From Candidatus Saccharimonadota bacterium (GTDB taxonomy: Bacteria > Patescibacteriota > Patescibacteriia > 2-12-FULL-60-25): a stretch of 32,000 nt of DNA. The notes beneath the pieces were generated by a model. That model saw only the letters and a list, made by a program, of their open reading frames with translations, had not been told where the DNA came from and did not search any database. The stretch is from positions 480,001 to 512,000 of the forward strand of contig CP060222.1 in assembly GCA_023898425.1 (NCBI GenBank), read 5' to 3'. Made by a program: the position numbers and the translations under genes. Below are positions 1 through 8,988 of this stretch, in pieces. The first letter of the stretch is position 1. Each line of letters begins with the position of its first letter.

Positions 1-1155
1 TGTGACATTTTCATCATGTCCTATAGCCCGAAAACGCCCTGCAGACTCTGACTGAACAGTGGCTACGATAAAGCATTCATCAATGCCAGCTTCTCTGGCA
101 GCGATCCTTGCTAGGGCAACCGCCTGACGAGACGCATCACTGTCATTGGCGGGTGCTGCCCCTGAACTATAGGATGATTGAGATGTTATTGCTGTCCATT
201 GATCCAATGGAATTAATTGAAACTCTACAGGATCAATTCTCTTAAATTTCAATGTCTCTAGTGAGAGTAGCGCTGGATTCACGGTATTCAAAATTACATA
301 AGCTCCGAGAACTAGCCCCATACCGATAAGTGCGTCAGTGATTGTTTTCTTACCATTTTTAACACCAAGAGGCGTTGCTGCTAATAAATATTGAAAACCG
401 CCATAAACCACCATTACGATAGCCACCGTTAAAACAATAGCCGTTAGATAGCGATATAGCGCATTTACGTATTGCCCGAGGTAGGGAACAGAAACAATAC
501 CACCTGACTCTGTGGCTGGTGTAAAAGAGAAGCCAGGGATTTCTACGCCTAACACTGGAACAATAGGGACGAAGGGAGCTTCTCCAGAATCCGCTGACTC
601 TGATACCCCGGATGACGTCGCTACATCTGCTAAACATTTCTTACTTCCATCTGTTGGACGGCAAGCGAGGCCATTCGCGCAATTTACCTGCGTGCCTGAA
701 TCACCAGAGCACAATTGACCTTCTTTTAATTTACAGAAATTTTCTTCGCACGCATAAGCTGTGCCAGCTCCGCAATCAGCCTCTGTTTCGCAGCGCGCAT
801 GTGCGGTAAGCGGCGTAGAGTTTACTGTTGCACATGTAGCCGATCGCGTTGTGGCAGTGCCGCAAACACCTGAGTTGTTAGCATCATTAACAATCCAATT
901 TGCTGTTTGACCTTGATAATTTACATAGTGCTGGGGTACATTCAAGCATTTATATTGCTGAAAATTACGCATCACACTCTTTTCATCTTCAGAGGGAGAT
1001 CCAGGCAAAACATCTGTAAACTGAAAGCATGAATTTACTGTTGACTCAGACAACAAAATACAACAAGACTTTACCGCCACATCAGCAAATGCAACGGAAG
1101 GCAGCGCAAGAGCGGCGACGGCAAAAATAGCCGCTATTCGTTGAAAATATCTCAT
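1..1155 (-). CDS. Secreted Cys-rich protein with TrbC/VirB2-like pilin membrane hairpin and SLT-like lytic transglycosylase start; C-terminus runs off the window
   Basis: Absent from the ORF track because it is open at the window edge. ATG (rc) at 1155-1153; I hand-translated 385 codons to base 1 with no stop. MRYFQRIAAIFAVAALALPSVAFA is a signal peptide. It is followed by a Cys-rich region (CETEADCGAGTAYACEENFC...). Two hydrophobic helices, LTAIVLTVAIVMVVYGGFQYLLAA and ALIGMGLVLGAYVILNTV, are joined by a short Lys-containing loop (pilin-type topology). The last residues, ATVQSESAGRFRAIGHDENV, resemble the catalytic Glu-Ser motif of SLT transglycosylases. Confidence 0.7.
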   Translation of the reverse strand, partial: MRYFQRIAAIFAVAALALPSVAFADVAVKSCCILLSESTVNSCFQFTDVLPGSPSEDEKSVMRNFQQYKCLNVPQHYVNYQGQTANWIVNDANNSGVCGTATTRSATCATVNSTPLTAHARCETEADCGAGTAYACEENFCKLKEGQLCSGDSGTQVNCANGLACRPTDGSKKCLADVATSSGVSESADSGEAPFVPIVPVLGVEIPGFSFTPATESGGIVSVPYLGQYVNALYRYLTAIVLTVAIVMVVYGGFQYLLAATPLGVKNGKKTITDALIGMGLVLGAYVILNTVNPALLSLETLKFKRIDPVEFQLIPLDQWTAITSQSSYSSGAAPANDSDASRQAVALARIAAREAGIDECFIVATVQSESAGRFRAIGHDENVT

Positions 1156-1156
1156 A

Positions 1157-1828
1157 CTACTTTTTTAATCGTGCCTTAAATACCTCCCAACGCAAGCTAT
1201 TTACACTGATATCTTGTGGCATCACTTTGGATTCAATAAAAATCGTTGGAGATGTCCCAATATTATACTGCGCTGCCAAAGCATTATCTTGTTGGATAAT
1301 AGCGGCATCTTTTCCTGTTGCGAGACAGGTATTAAATCCACTGACATTCATACCTGCGGTTCTCGCATATTCTTGAAGTCTATCAACCGTTAAATCACCC
1401 GTAGCTGCCATAACAAGTCCACGAAACTCCCAAAAACGTTGTTGGTCATTTGCGCAACGTCCAGCAGCTGCGGCTAAGATGGCCGAAGGATTGTCTGAGG
1501 CTAAAATAAGATCTCTCCAAACGATTCGTGTATCAGGGATTTCGTTAATAATAGCCACGACAGCTGGCTCAAGAGACTTGGTAGAAAGATCGGTCATATC
1601 ACCAAAAATCGTAACAACTACGGCATTAGTAGACGATGAACCTGTCCAAGGATCGGTTTCGCGATTAGGAGGGAGTTTTGCATCGTTTGATGGTTGCAAA
1701 AAAGTAAGCGCAGGTTTAGAGCCCGCTGGAAAATAGGACGTTGATCGTACTAAGAACTCTAAGGACGCTAAGGCAAAAAGTACGACAAGCCCGCCTATGG
1801 CAATCCAGACCATTCGATGATTCTCCAT
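1157..1828 (-). CDS. DsbA-like thioredoxin-fold protein, membrane anchored, lacking the CXXC active site
   Basis: The track ORF 1157..1840 begins at a TTG. The ATG at 1828 (MENHRMVWIAIGGLVVLFALA, TM anchor) lies 1 nt after the upstream stop. DsbA-type landmarks appear in order: VVVTIFGDMTDLSTKS where F-x-D-x-x-C-P-x-C is expected, then AAAAGRCANDQQRFWEF, then the NIGTSPTIFI cis-Pro loop. The CXXC is replaced by T-D-L-S. Confidence 0.7.
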   Translation of the reverse strand: MENHRMVWIAIGGLVVLFALASLEFLVRSTSYFPAGSKPALTFLQPSNDAKLPPNRETDPWTGSSSTNAVVVTIFGDMTDLSTKSLEPAVVAIINEIPDTRIVWRDLILASDNPSAILAAAAGRCANDQQRFWEFRGLVMAATGDLTVDRLQEYARTAGMNVSGFNTCLATGKDAAIIQQDNALAAQYNIGTSPTIFIESKVMPQDISVNSLRWEVFKARLKK

Positions 1829-1829
1829 A

Positions 1830-3068
1830 CTACAATTCAAAACGTATTAGTTGACCAGAAATTGTATCGGTAAAAATAACGGCTGAACCATCAGGTGTCG
1901 CTACCATTTGCTGAATTGCAACATCGTTAACGCTAGGGGATCCATAGACAACGGTTTCTCCTGTATCAACATTTACTCGTACTAATTGATCTGGCGTATT
2001 TGCAAAGAGTGATCGCTGTAATCCAGCGCCTGTACCCAAGCTCGTTGGTACACCGCAAATAATCTCTGATTCGTTTCTCCAGGTGCATTTATCAGCCCAA
2101 GTATTTAATTGAAGTTCACGACGGTTTGTGCCGATATCATCACCAACGGCACCGCTCACCCAAAGCGAAGGCAAATAACCGCTCCCTGATTGATAGGCAC
2201 TATAAAGAAGGTTATTACCAGAAGGGGACCAGTTTGGAATAAAACCACGTCCCTCAACATCTAAGCCACGAAAATTTTCTTGATTCTTGCCCAAAAGAAG
2301 CACCTGCTGTCGATCAAAGCCTAGTGGGTTACCTGTAAATGAGTACGCAACAATTTGATCATTAGGAGACCAGCTCACATGCACTTTATCTGCATTATTT
2401 CCTAATTCTTGAATAGGCTGTGAATTTGTTCCATCTGGATTAGAAATAATCAAGAAACGATTATCTTCGTTGATACCAAGGCTTTTTGCTGCGATAGCAT
2501 CATCCTGTGGCGAGAAATCAAAATCATCCCAGTGCTTAGGGAGTGTGACTTGTTTTTGTGTCTGAAAGTCATACAGCACATTATTACCATCCGGATAACT
2601 CAAAACTGCTTTATCCGAGTTGTTTCCCCAAGCAACTTGATCAACACCATAAAATGTCTGCGACGAAAGATCGGTTACGCTACCATCAGCATTAACACGG
2701 TAAAACTTACCAGAAAGCGGGTCATAACCTCGTAACGCACCCGAGTTTGACATGGCAATATTTCGTGAGACGTCAGATCGGAGTACGGTTGATCTTTGCT
2801 GGGTCGGAATACCCGTTGGCAACAATGGATTAAAGGGTCGTCTTTGATTAACCGGCAAAACACCCGTACCACCAGGATCAGTACCCGTTGTTGAGACACC
2901 GCCAGGACCACTTGTAGGCAATTGTCCAGGCGTTGTTGAAGTGGATGATGGTGGGCGTAAAATAGGGGACTCTCCCTTAAAAAAGAGGATATAGAGACCA
3001 AATCCTGCGCCAATCACGATTACAAGAAAGGCGAAGATAAAAAGTGCGCGTTTTAAATTCTCATTCAT
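1830..3068 (-). CDS. TolB-like beta-propeller (PD40 repeat) protein with N-terminal membrane anchor
   Basis: The track ORF is 1830..3149. The ATG at 3068 (MNENLKRALFIFAFLVIVIGAGFGLYILFF) lies 4 nt after the upstream stop. A Pro/Thr/Gly-rich linker is followed by repeated blade motifs: LSYPDGNNVLY, ISNPDGTNSQP, WSPNDQIVAYS, WSPSGNNLLYS, ATPDGSAVIFT. Confidence 0.7.
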   Translation of the reverse strand: MNENLKRALFIFAFLVIVIGAGFGLYILFFKGESPILRPPSSTSTTPGQLPTSGPGGVSTTGTDPGGTGVLPVNQRRPFNPLLPTGIPTQQRSTVLRSDVSRNIAMSNSGALRGYDPLSGKFYRVNADGSVTDLSSQTFYGVDQVAWGNNSDKAVLSYPDGNNVLYDFQTQKQVTLPKHWDDFDFSPQDDAIAAKSLGINEDNRFLIISNPDGTNSQPIQELGNNADKVHVSWSPNDQIVAYSFTGNPLGFDRQQVLLLGKNQENFRGLDVEGRGFIPNWSPSGNNLLYSAYQSGSGYLPSLWVSGAVGDDIGTNRRELQLNTWADKCTWRNESEIICGVPTSLGTGAGLQRSLFANTPDQLVRVNVDTGETVVYGSPSVNDVAIQQMVATPDGSAVIFTDTISGQLIRFEL

Positions 3069-3072
3069 AGAC

Positions 3073-3363
3073 TTATTGTAACACGGATGACAGGGCATTA
3101 TCGAATACGGCACGGATTGGCTCAGGGAGAATAGCGCGAGCAGCAGCAAAAACCGCTAAGAAAAAGACGATCGGCTGAATAATGACCCAAATCATAGAAA
3201 GTATACTTACGATATCAACAAGAATCGTAAGCAATATCTTCCAAGCTGGTTGTTTGCCTTCGATAAAGACTTCGTAGTTCCAAATAGCAAAGACGGCTAA
3301 TAAACCGATGCCGGTTCCTGCCATGGTCGCTTTGAGCCACTTCTTGCCAGCTTTTCTTGCCAT
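3073..3363 (-). CDS. Small membrane protein (about 3 TM helices), possibly the C-terminal part of the upstream acidic protein
   Basis: 96-aa ORF with hydrophobic segments GIGLLAVFAIW, ILLTILVDIVSILSMIWVII and IVFFLAVFAAA. It overlaps ORF 3297..3905 by 67 nt in another frame, at an A-run. Confidence 0.5.
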   Translation of the reverse strand: MARKAGKKWLKATMAGTGIGLLAVFAIWNYEVFIEGKQPAWKILLTILVDIVSILSMIWVIIQPIVFFLAVFAAARAILPEPIRAVFDNALSSVLQ

Positions 3364-3905
3364 GGCTTTTCTGTTTTTTCCGTCTCATCGTCTGTATCAG
3401 CGTCTTGAAGCGCTTTTTCTTGCAGGAATCTTTTTATAAAATTTGCTTGCGATCGAGCAAAGGCAATGGCATTTTGCTGATCTCGTTCTTCTATGCTCTG
3501 CGGAGCATCATATGTTTGACGATCATCGTACTCTTGTTCATAAGCGTATTCATCAGCGTATTCATTTTGTTGCGGTTCTTCGGGATAGACCTCTTCTTCA
3601 TCGCTATACTCTTCATTAGCACCACTGCTGTGGATCGCTTGCATACGGCTATCAGAAGCTTTTTGTTCTGCGCCATAGATATCTTCGTCATTTTCTTCTT
3701 CTTGTGGCTGTAATGCGGGATTTGATAGGGTAGGAAGCACCGTTTGACCGCTATTTTGATTTGCTGGACGTTGACGATCACGAAGATACGAAAGCGCTCT
3801 TTCGGTATCTCCGCTTTGTCTTGGCATATTACCAAGCTGGCGTACCGTTGGTACGCTATTTGGTTGCCGTGTAGGTGTAGGGAGCTTACGCGCTGGCTCA
3901 GCCAT
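3297..3905 (-). CDS. Acidic low-complexity (probably disordered) protein
   Basis: 202-aa ORF starting 12 nt after the clpC stop. A Pro/Gln/Arg-rich N-terminus is followed by a Glu/Asp/Tyr-rich tract (EEYSDEEEVYPEEPQQNEYADEYAYEQEYDD). I recognise no domain. Confidence 0.5.
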   Translation of the reverse strand: MAEPARKLPTPTRQPNSVPTVRQLGNMPRQSGDTERALSYLRDRQRPANQNSGQTVLPTLSNPALQPQEEENDEDIYGAEQKASDSRMQAIHSSGANEEYSDEEEVYPEEPQQNEYADEYAYEQEYDDRQTYDAPQSIEERDQQNAIAFARSQANFIKRFLQEKALQDADTDDETEKTEKPWQEKLARSGSKRPWQEPASVY

Positions 3906-3917
3906 GCCCTAATGATA

Positions 3918-6449
3918 TCATGAAACCTTCAATCCTTGCTTGGTCAGTTTTACTGAGGCTTTTTTCTTGGTTGTTTTTAGGAGGTGAGGGGCAAGTACGG
4001 TCATCAACTCACGTTCAACGACGCTACGTAATGAACGTGCGCCTTCTTGTGTAGATGCTGGACGCTGCAAAAGCCATTCTAGAACGTCATCAGAAAGCGT
4101 TAGAGCAACTTTTCGAGATTCACGAAGGCGTTTTGCTAGCGCATCAACCTCTTTACGTAAAATCTTTTTGAGGGACTTTTGATCCAATGGCTGAAAGACA
4201 ATCACTTTATCCAAACGACTAAGAAGCTCTGGTTTAAAGCGTTCTTTTAATTCTCCTTGGATCATTGCTGTAAATCCTCTTGCATCGGCATCACCAAATC
4301 CGAGGGATTTACGTTTTGCGAGTTCGGCGCCAGCATTTGACGTCAACACAATATACGAATGCTTAAATGGGATTTTTTTGCCCACGCCATCGGTCATATA
4401 GCCATCCTCCAAAGCCTGCAATAACAAGTTTTGTACATCTGGATGTGCTTTTTCGAATTCATCAAATAGTAAAACAGCGTGAGGATGTTTACGAATCGTG
4501 TCAGAAAGACGATTACCTTCGCGATAACCGACATAACCAGCAGGGGAGCCAAGCATCTTAGAGATAGAATGCCCCTCGGAGAACTCTGACATATCAAGCT
4601 TAACGAGAGCATCCTCTTTACCAAAAAGGGACTTTGCAAGAGCTTTTGCCATCGCCGTTTTACCAGTGCCTGATGGACCGACAAAGAGAAGACTTGCACG
4701 TGGACGGGCATTATCTGTTAGGCCTAAACGTGCATGACGCACAATTTGTGCAACATCTTGAATGGCTTCATCTTGTCCAACGATATCTTTTGCAAGAATA
4801 TTTTCTAGATCTAATAGCTGCGCTTGTTCGGTTTGCTCGATAATCTCAAGCGGGACACGTGATAAACGAGATACCACAAGTGAGATATCGCTCATCTCAA
4901 CAGATGCACGATCTTTTTTACGGTTTGCTTCAAAGGTTTTTTGATAGTCATTATACTGCGCTCTCAAGCGCTCTACATCTTTTGCGGCTTTTGAAGCAGC
5001 TTCCATATCACCTTTTTCGATTGCTTGTGATTTGAGCATTTCTGTTGCTCCAATGCCCACCTCAAGCGAACGTAGCATCTCCATTTCTGTATGCGAAGAA
5101 CGCCGTGCGTTTACGATCGCGGCGCTTTCATCTAAAACATCGATTGCTTTGTCAGGAAAGTGTCGGTCCGTAAGGTAACGATGCGCAAGATTGACGGCGT
5201 AGTCTAATGTTCCTTTTGAGAACTTCACGCCATGATGTGTTTCATAACGGGTTTTAATACCCTTCAACATCGTGAGTGTGTCTTTTACAGACGGCTCTTC
5301 TACGTCAATTGGTTGAAAACGACGATCGAGCGCAGCGTCTGGCTCTAGATGCTTTTTGTATTCTGCATTTGTCGTAGCACCGATACAACGAATCTCCCCA
5401 CGCGCAAGCGCAGGCTTTAGCATATTTGCCGCATCCATAGACCCTGATGTTGATCCAGCGCCAATAAGCGTGTGGATTTCATCAATAAACAAAATAGCAT
5501 TTTTATCTTGTTTTACTTCTTCTACGAGTTGTTTTAAACGCGCTTCAAATTCACCTCGATACATGGTACCGGCAACCATCAACGCCAAATCAACAGCATA
5601 GAGACGCTTTCCGAAAAGAATATCTGGCACCTCACCAGCCGCTAAGCGTTGTGCTAAGCCTTCTACAATAGCTGTTTTACCCGTACCTGGCTCCCCAAGC
5701 AGAATTGGATTATTTTTTGTGCGGCGGCATAAAATCTCAAGCAAGCGATCCGTTTCTTTATCGCGTCCAATAACGGGGTCGAGTGTTGCAACATGCTCAG
5801 GTGCCGTTAACTCACGCGTAAAGACTTCGAGAGCTTTTGGCTTTTTTTCACGTCCTGGACGTGTTGAAGCAAGTGACGGGTCTTGTCGACTAAAACTTGG
5901 ATTTGGTCCAGCGTCGGGCGATGGGTCAGCTGGTTCGCCGTCTTCATCGGATTCGATGGTATTCTCGGCCATCTTTTCTGTAAATTCTGGAAAACGAGAC
6001 GTTGATTGTAAAACGCCACGCAATTGCTCCTTTGCGAGTTGCTGATCTAATCCATGACTATTTAAAAAGATAATGACGTCTTCTGGTGCGATTTCAATAA
6101 TCGCCAATAACAAATGTTCGGTACCTATGTAACGATGTTCGTGTAGATGCGCGAGAAGGACAGCCTTTTCGAGAATACGCTTTACGATCGCCGAAAGATC
6201 AGGAGCAATCGCGGCTCCTGGCTCATGGGGCGTAGGTGTGCCACGAAACTCACGTTCTGCTTCTTCTGTTAGCATTGATGCTTTGCTAAGGACTTCGGCT
6301 GCAATAGACGAGGACTCTTGCAAAAGACCCACAATCAAATCACCAGGCGAAACCTGGTCACGACCAGAAGAAATCGTAAAAGCCAAAGACTTTTGCAAAG
6401 CTTCTTTGAGGTGATGCGTAAAACGTGAAAGGAGGTCTGGTTGCAGCAT
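3918..6449 (-). CDS. clpC: ATP-dependent Clp protease ATP-binding subunit, ClpC-type AAA+ chaperone
   Basis: 843 aa. It has a Clp_N repeat ([11 protein letters not shown]) and two AAA+ modules with Walker [10 protein letters not shown] and GPSGTGKTA. The short middle region carries a UVR-like motif ([26 protein letters not shown]), which fits ClpC rather than the long ClpB coiled coil. Confidence 0.9.
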   Translation of the reverse strand: MLQPDLLSRFTHHLKEALQKSLAFTISSGRDQVSPGDLIVGLLQESSSIAAEVLSKASMLTEEAEREFRGTPTPHEPGAAIAPDLSAIVKRILEKAVLLAHLHEHRYIGTEHLLLAIIEIAPEDVIIFLNSHGLDQQLAKEQLRGVLQSTSRFPEFTEKMAENTIESDEDGEPADPSPDAGPNPSFSRQDPSLASTRPGREKKPKALEVFTRELTAPEHVATLDPVIGRDKETDRLLEILCRRTKNNPILLGEPGTGKTAIVEGLAQRLAAGEVPDILFGKRLYAVDLALMVAGTMYRGEFEARLKQLVEEVKQDKNAILFIDEIHTLIGAGSTSGSMDAANMLKPALARGEIRCIGATTNAEYKKHLEPDAALDRRFQPIDVEEPSVKDTLTMLKGIKTRYETHHGVKFSKGTLDYAVNLAHRYLTDRHFPDKAIDVLDESAAIVNARRSSHTEMEMLRSLEVGIGATEMLKSQAIEKGDMEAASKAAKDVERLRAQYNDYQKTFEANRKKDRASVEMSDISLVVSRLSRVPLEIIEQTEQAQLLDLENILAKDIVGQDEAIQDVAQIVRHARLGLTDNARPRASLLFVGPSGTGKTAMAKALAKSLFGKEDALVKLDMSEFSEGHSISKMLGSPAGYVGYREGNRLSDTIRKHPHAVLLFDEFEKAHPDVQNLLLQALEDGYMTDGVGKKIPFKHSYIVLTSNAGAELAKRKSLGFGDADARGFTAMIQGELKERFKPELLSRLDKVIVFQPLDQKSLKKILRKEVDALAKRLRESRKVALTLSDDVLEWLLQRPASTQEGARSLRSVVERELMTVLAPHLLKTTKKKASVKLTKQGLKVS

Positions 6450-6459
6450 AGGTGGAGGG

Positions 6460-7350
6460 TTAACGGGCTTCGCCCATGAGTTTCAATCTCTTAATACGTT
6501 CTTCTACTGGAGGATGTGTTGAAAAAAGCGAAGCAATTTTTTTGCTATTACCGAATGGACTCGAAATCCATAAATGCGATGTTGCCGTAGAGGACCTTGC
6601 GAGTGGCTGTGCATTAGCTGAGATTTTTGCAAGTGCCGAAGCGAGACCATCTGGATAACGTGTAAGCAATGCGCCGGATGCGTCTGCAAGATACTCACGT
6701 TGGCGACTAATAGCGAGCTTAATGATTTCTCCAATAATAGGGGAGAGAATGAGAAATACGATACCGAGAATCATAAAGATACCACCGCCGCTATTATTAT
6801 TCTTGGATCTATTACCACCTAAACCAATACGAAAGAATAGATCACCCATGAGTGACAATGCACCCACCATAACAGCGACGAGTACCATATAGAGCGTGTC
6901 ACGATTTTGCACATGAGAAAGCTCATGTGCAGCCACACCCTCGAGCTCTTCGTTTTCGAGCAGGGAGATAATTCCTGTCGTAAAGGCGACAGATGCGAGC
7001 TCAGGATTTCGGCCGGTAGCAAATGCGTTTGGCGCCGTGTCTTCGATCACATAAAGCTTAGGCATTGGCATGCCAGCGGTAATCGTCAGATTCTCAACGA
7101 TATTCCAAAGATAAGGATATTGATCACGTGACTTGATTTGTTTAGCGCCTGTTGTCGCAAGCACAACCTTATCACCAGCAAACCAAGAAAACGCGGTCAT
7201 ACCAAGTGAAATCAATAAAGCGAAGACGAGTCCGGCATAACCGGACCCGTTTAGCGCTCCATAGACATAACCCGCCGCAGCGAGCACACCCGTGAAGACC
7301 GCGATCAGTAAAACGCTTTTGCGTTTGTTTGATGCGATGTGGTTGTACAT
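6460..7350 (-). CDS. htpX: Zinc metalloprotease HtpX (peptidase M48)
   Basis: 296 aa with N-terminal and central TM helices. The HExxH motif is HELSHVQNRD, and the typical C-terminal STHPPVEERI is present. Confidence 0.9.
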   Translation of the reverse strand: MYNHIASNKRKSVLLIAVFTGVLAAAGYVYGALNGSGYAGLVFALLISLGMTAFSWFAGDKVVLATTGAKQIKSRDQYPYLWNIVENLTITAGMPMPKLYVIEDTAPNAFATGRNPELASVAFTTGIISLLENEELEGVAAHELSHVQNRDTLYMVLVAVMVGALSLMGDLFFRIGLGGNRSKNNNSGGGIFMILGIVFLILSPIIGEIIKLAISRQREYLADASGALLTRYPDGLASALAKISANAQPLARSSTATSHLWISSPFGNSKKIASLFSTHPPVEERIKRLKLMGEAR

Positions 7351-7353
7351 TGT

Positions 7354-7908
7354 TTAGAACTGAACGTTTGGCGTTGCGCGTTCTGCTTCATTGGTAAGTT
7401 CGAAGAACTCACGCTTTACAAAACCAAGCATGCCAGCGATCAAGTTAGTAGGGAAGACCTGCAACTTTGTGTTGAAGTCACGAACATTGCCATTGTAGAA
7501 ACGGCGTGAAGCTTGCACTTTGTTTTCTGTGTCAGACAATTCGTCTTGAAGCTTTAAGAAACCTTCGTTTGCTTTAAGCTCAGGATATGCCTCAACAACA
7601 GCAAAGAGTGACTTAAGCGTACCAGCGAGCATGTTTTCTGCTTCACCTTTTGCTTGAGGACCAGTTGCATTCATTGCAGCATTACGAGCGGCGATGACTT
7701 TTTCGAGCGTACCGGACTCATGCGTGGCGTATCCCTTTACCGTGTTAACAAGGTTAGGAATCAAATCATAACGACGCTTTAATTGAACATCGATATCTGA
7801 CCAAGCTTCGTCTGTTTGGTTACGAAGTGTGATGAGACCGTTATAAACACCAATTGCCCAAAGCGCAGCAACAACCAAGACACCGAGTAAAATCCACAAT
7901 ACAATCAT
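7354..7908 (-). CDS. lemA: LemA family membrane protein
   Basis: 184 aa with a single N-terminal TM helix. LemA-type sequence follows (YNGLITLRN, WSDIDVQLKRRYDLIPNLV, RRFYNGNVRDFNT). It lies immediately upstream of htpX, a common pairing. Confidence 0.88.
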   Translation of the reverse strand: MIVLWILLGVLVVAALWAIGVYNGLITLRNQTDEAWSDIDVQLKRRYDLIPNLVNTVKGYATHESGTLEKVIAARNAAMNATGPQAKGEAENMLAGTLKSLFAVVEAYPELKANEGFLKLQDELSDTENKVQASRRFYNGNVRDFNTKLQVFPTNLIAGMLGFVKREFFELTNEAERATPNVQF

Positions 7909-7958
7909 ATTTTTGGCTAAAGTAAGCTAAATATTTAGCGCCTAAAAGGCTTACCTAT

Positions 7959-7986
7959 AGAATAGCATGACTACAGGTGGGGTCAA
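7959..7986 (-). promoter_or_regulatory. Candidate promoter of the lemA-htpX-clpC operon
   Basis: On the minus strand: TTGACC (7986-7981), a 16-nt spacer ending in TGC, then TATTCT (7964-7959). This is about 50 nt upstream of the lemA ATG. Confidence 0.4.
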
Positions 7987-8093
7987 CACTATTGTTCTAT
8001 AATATTCTCCCTACTCTCCGTGTGAACGAAGAGCTACACCCTTTCATGAGGAACTTTGTCATAGATCGAGCGACTTCCGCCCTTGTGCTATCC

Positions 8094-8102
8094 TGCTATT
8101 AT
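8094..8102 (+). promoter_or_regulatory. Extended -10 box TGCTATTAT upstream of the small-protein/LRR cassette
   Basis: TGCTATTAT lies at 8094-8102 with no good -35. The ATG of the first cassette gene is at 8128. Confidence 0.35.
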
Positions 8103-8127
8103 ATGAGGTCATCTAGCATTAGATTTT

Positions 8128-8362
8128 ATGCGTAATATTGAAAATCCGTTCATTCCACCAAGCGAGAAAAAGTCGACTTCGTTCTTTGCGGAGAGGAACA
8201 AACCTAAACCAAAAAATACCACAAGCTTCTGCTGAAACTATGGTTGATCTTGAGGATAGATTTGTCGTTAAAGAGTATTTGGGCGTGAAGATGGATTATG
8301 AGACGCGGACATTTCTAAAGGCTCTGATAGACCAAGGGGAGAAGAGGAGGTTATGTCGTTAG
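8128..8362 (+). pseudogene. Small conserved protein, cassette copy A; frame broken by one extra base in an A-run as written
   Basis: The ATG at 8128 gives MRNIENPFIPPSEKKSTSFFAEERNKPKPK, then the frame changes at A6 (8211-8216). The track ORF 8138..8362 continues with IPQASAETMVDLEDRFVVKEYLGVKMDYETRTFLKALIDQG. The joined protein aligns along its length with copy B (8783..8988). Confidence 0.55.
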
Positions 8363-8770
8363 TAAAGAAGGTTATCAGAGAAAAAATGAGAAAATGCGTG
8401 CAATAAATGAAGATGGCGCACTTACACATTTTAATTACGGGAACCTGGAAATTGCCCAGCTTCCCAAATTACCGTCCACTCTTGAAAGTCTTTATTGCTA
8501 TTGTTCGAGCTAAAAACCCTTCCGGAGCTACCAGAAGGACTAAAAACACTCAATATCGAAGGTAGTACGCGAATAAAATCTCTTCCTACACTTCCAGAAG
8601 GCCTTGAAGAACTTATTCTTACAAGTACTGAGATTCCTCGGCTACCCAACCTACCCTCATCGCTTCTCGTGCTCGATTGCTCTTGGAATCCCATCGCGCT
8701 AGATCCAGAGTATCAAGCAGAGCTAAAAGCACAGCGTCCAGGCTTAGAGATCATTGCTCATGTTTCTTGA
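8353..8770 (+). pseudogene. Leucine-rich repeat protein (20-22-residue LxxLPxLPxxLxxL type); frame broken twice as written
   Basis: An AGGAGG lies 2 nt before the ATG at 8353 (MSLVKKVIREK). Break 1 is at A6 (8381-8386), leading to MRAINEDGALTHFNYGNLEIAQLPKLPSTLESLYCYCSS. Break 2 is near 8510, leading to LKTLPELPEGLKTLNIEGSTRIKSLPTLPEGLEELILTSTEIPRLPNLPSSLLVLDCSWNPIA... (track ORF 8495..8770). The repeat register continues across both breaks. Confidence 0.6.
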
Positions 8771-8782
8771 TACCCCAAACTA

Positions 8783-8988
8783 TGGAATTCAACCCTTTCG
8801 CTAAAAACAACCTCCCTTCTGTTTCGATGTTTGCTAAAGAAAAGAAGAAAACGATACGAGCCACTGCCGAGGTAGTGGATGATCTTGAACGCAAATACTT
8901 GATTGAGGAATTTCTGGGTGTCGATATGAACTTTAAAACACGTCAGTTCTTTAAAGAGTTGGTTGGACGGGTAGGGAGTCAGACGTGA
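8783..8988 (+). CDS. Small conserved protein, cassette copy B
   Basis: The ATG at 8783 lies inside track ORF 8677..8988. The product is MEFNPFAKNNLPSVSMFAKEKKKTIRATAEVVDDLERKYLIEEFLGVDMNFKTRQFFKELVGRVGSQT. It is a paralogue of copy A: NPF, S-x-FA-x-E, DLE-x-[RK]-[FY], E-[YF]-LGV-x-M-x-[YF]-x-TR-x-F. Confidence 0.6.

Noticed and set aside
4367-6045. Multiple 60-110-aa ORFs on both strands inside clpC, and similar ones inside htpX, pmm, pheT, dnaE and the lipoprotein genes
   Set aside because: All are nested within, or antisense to, long genes with clear family signatures. They have low-complexity or Cys/Arg/Ser-rich translations typical of off-frame reading, and no independent start signals.
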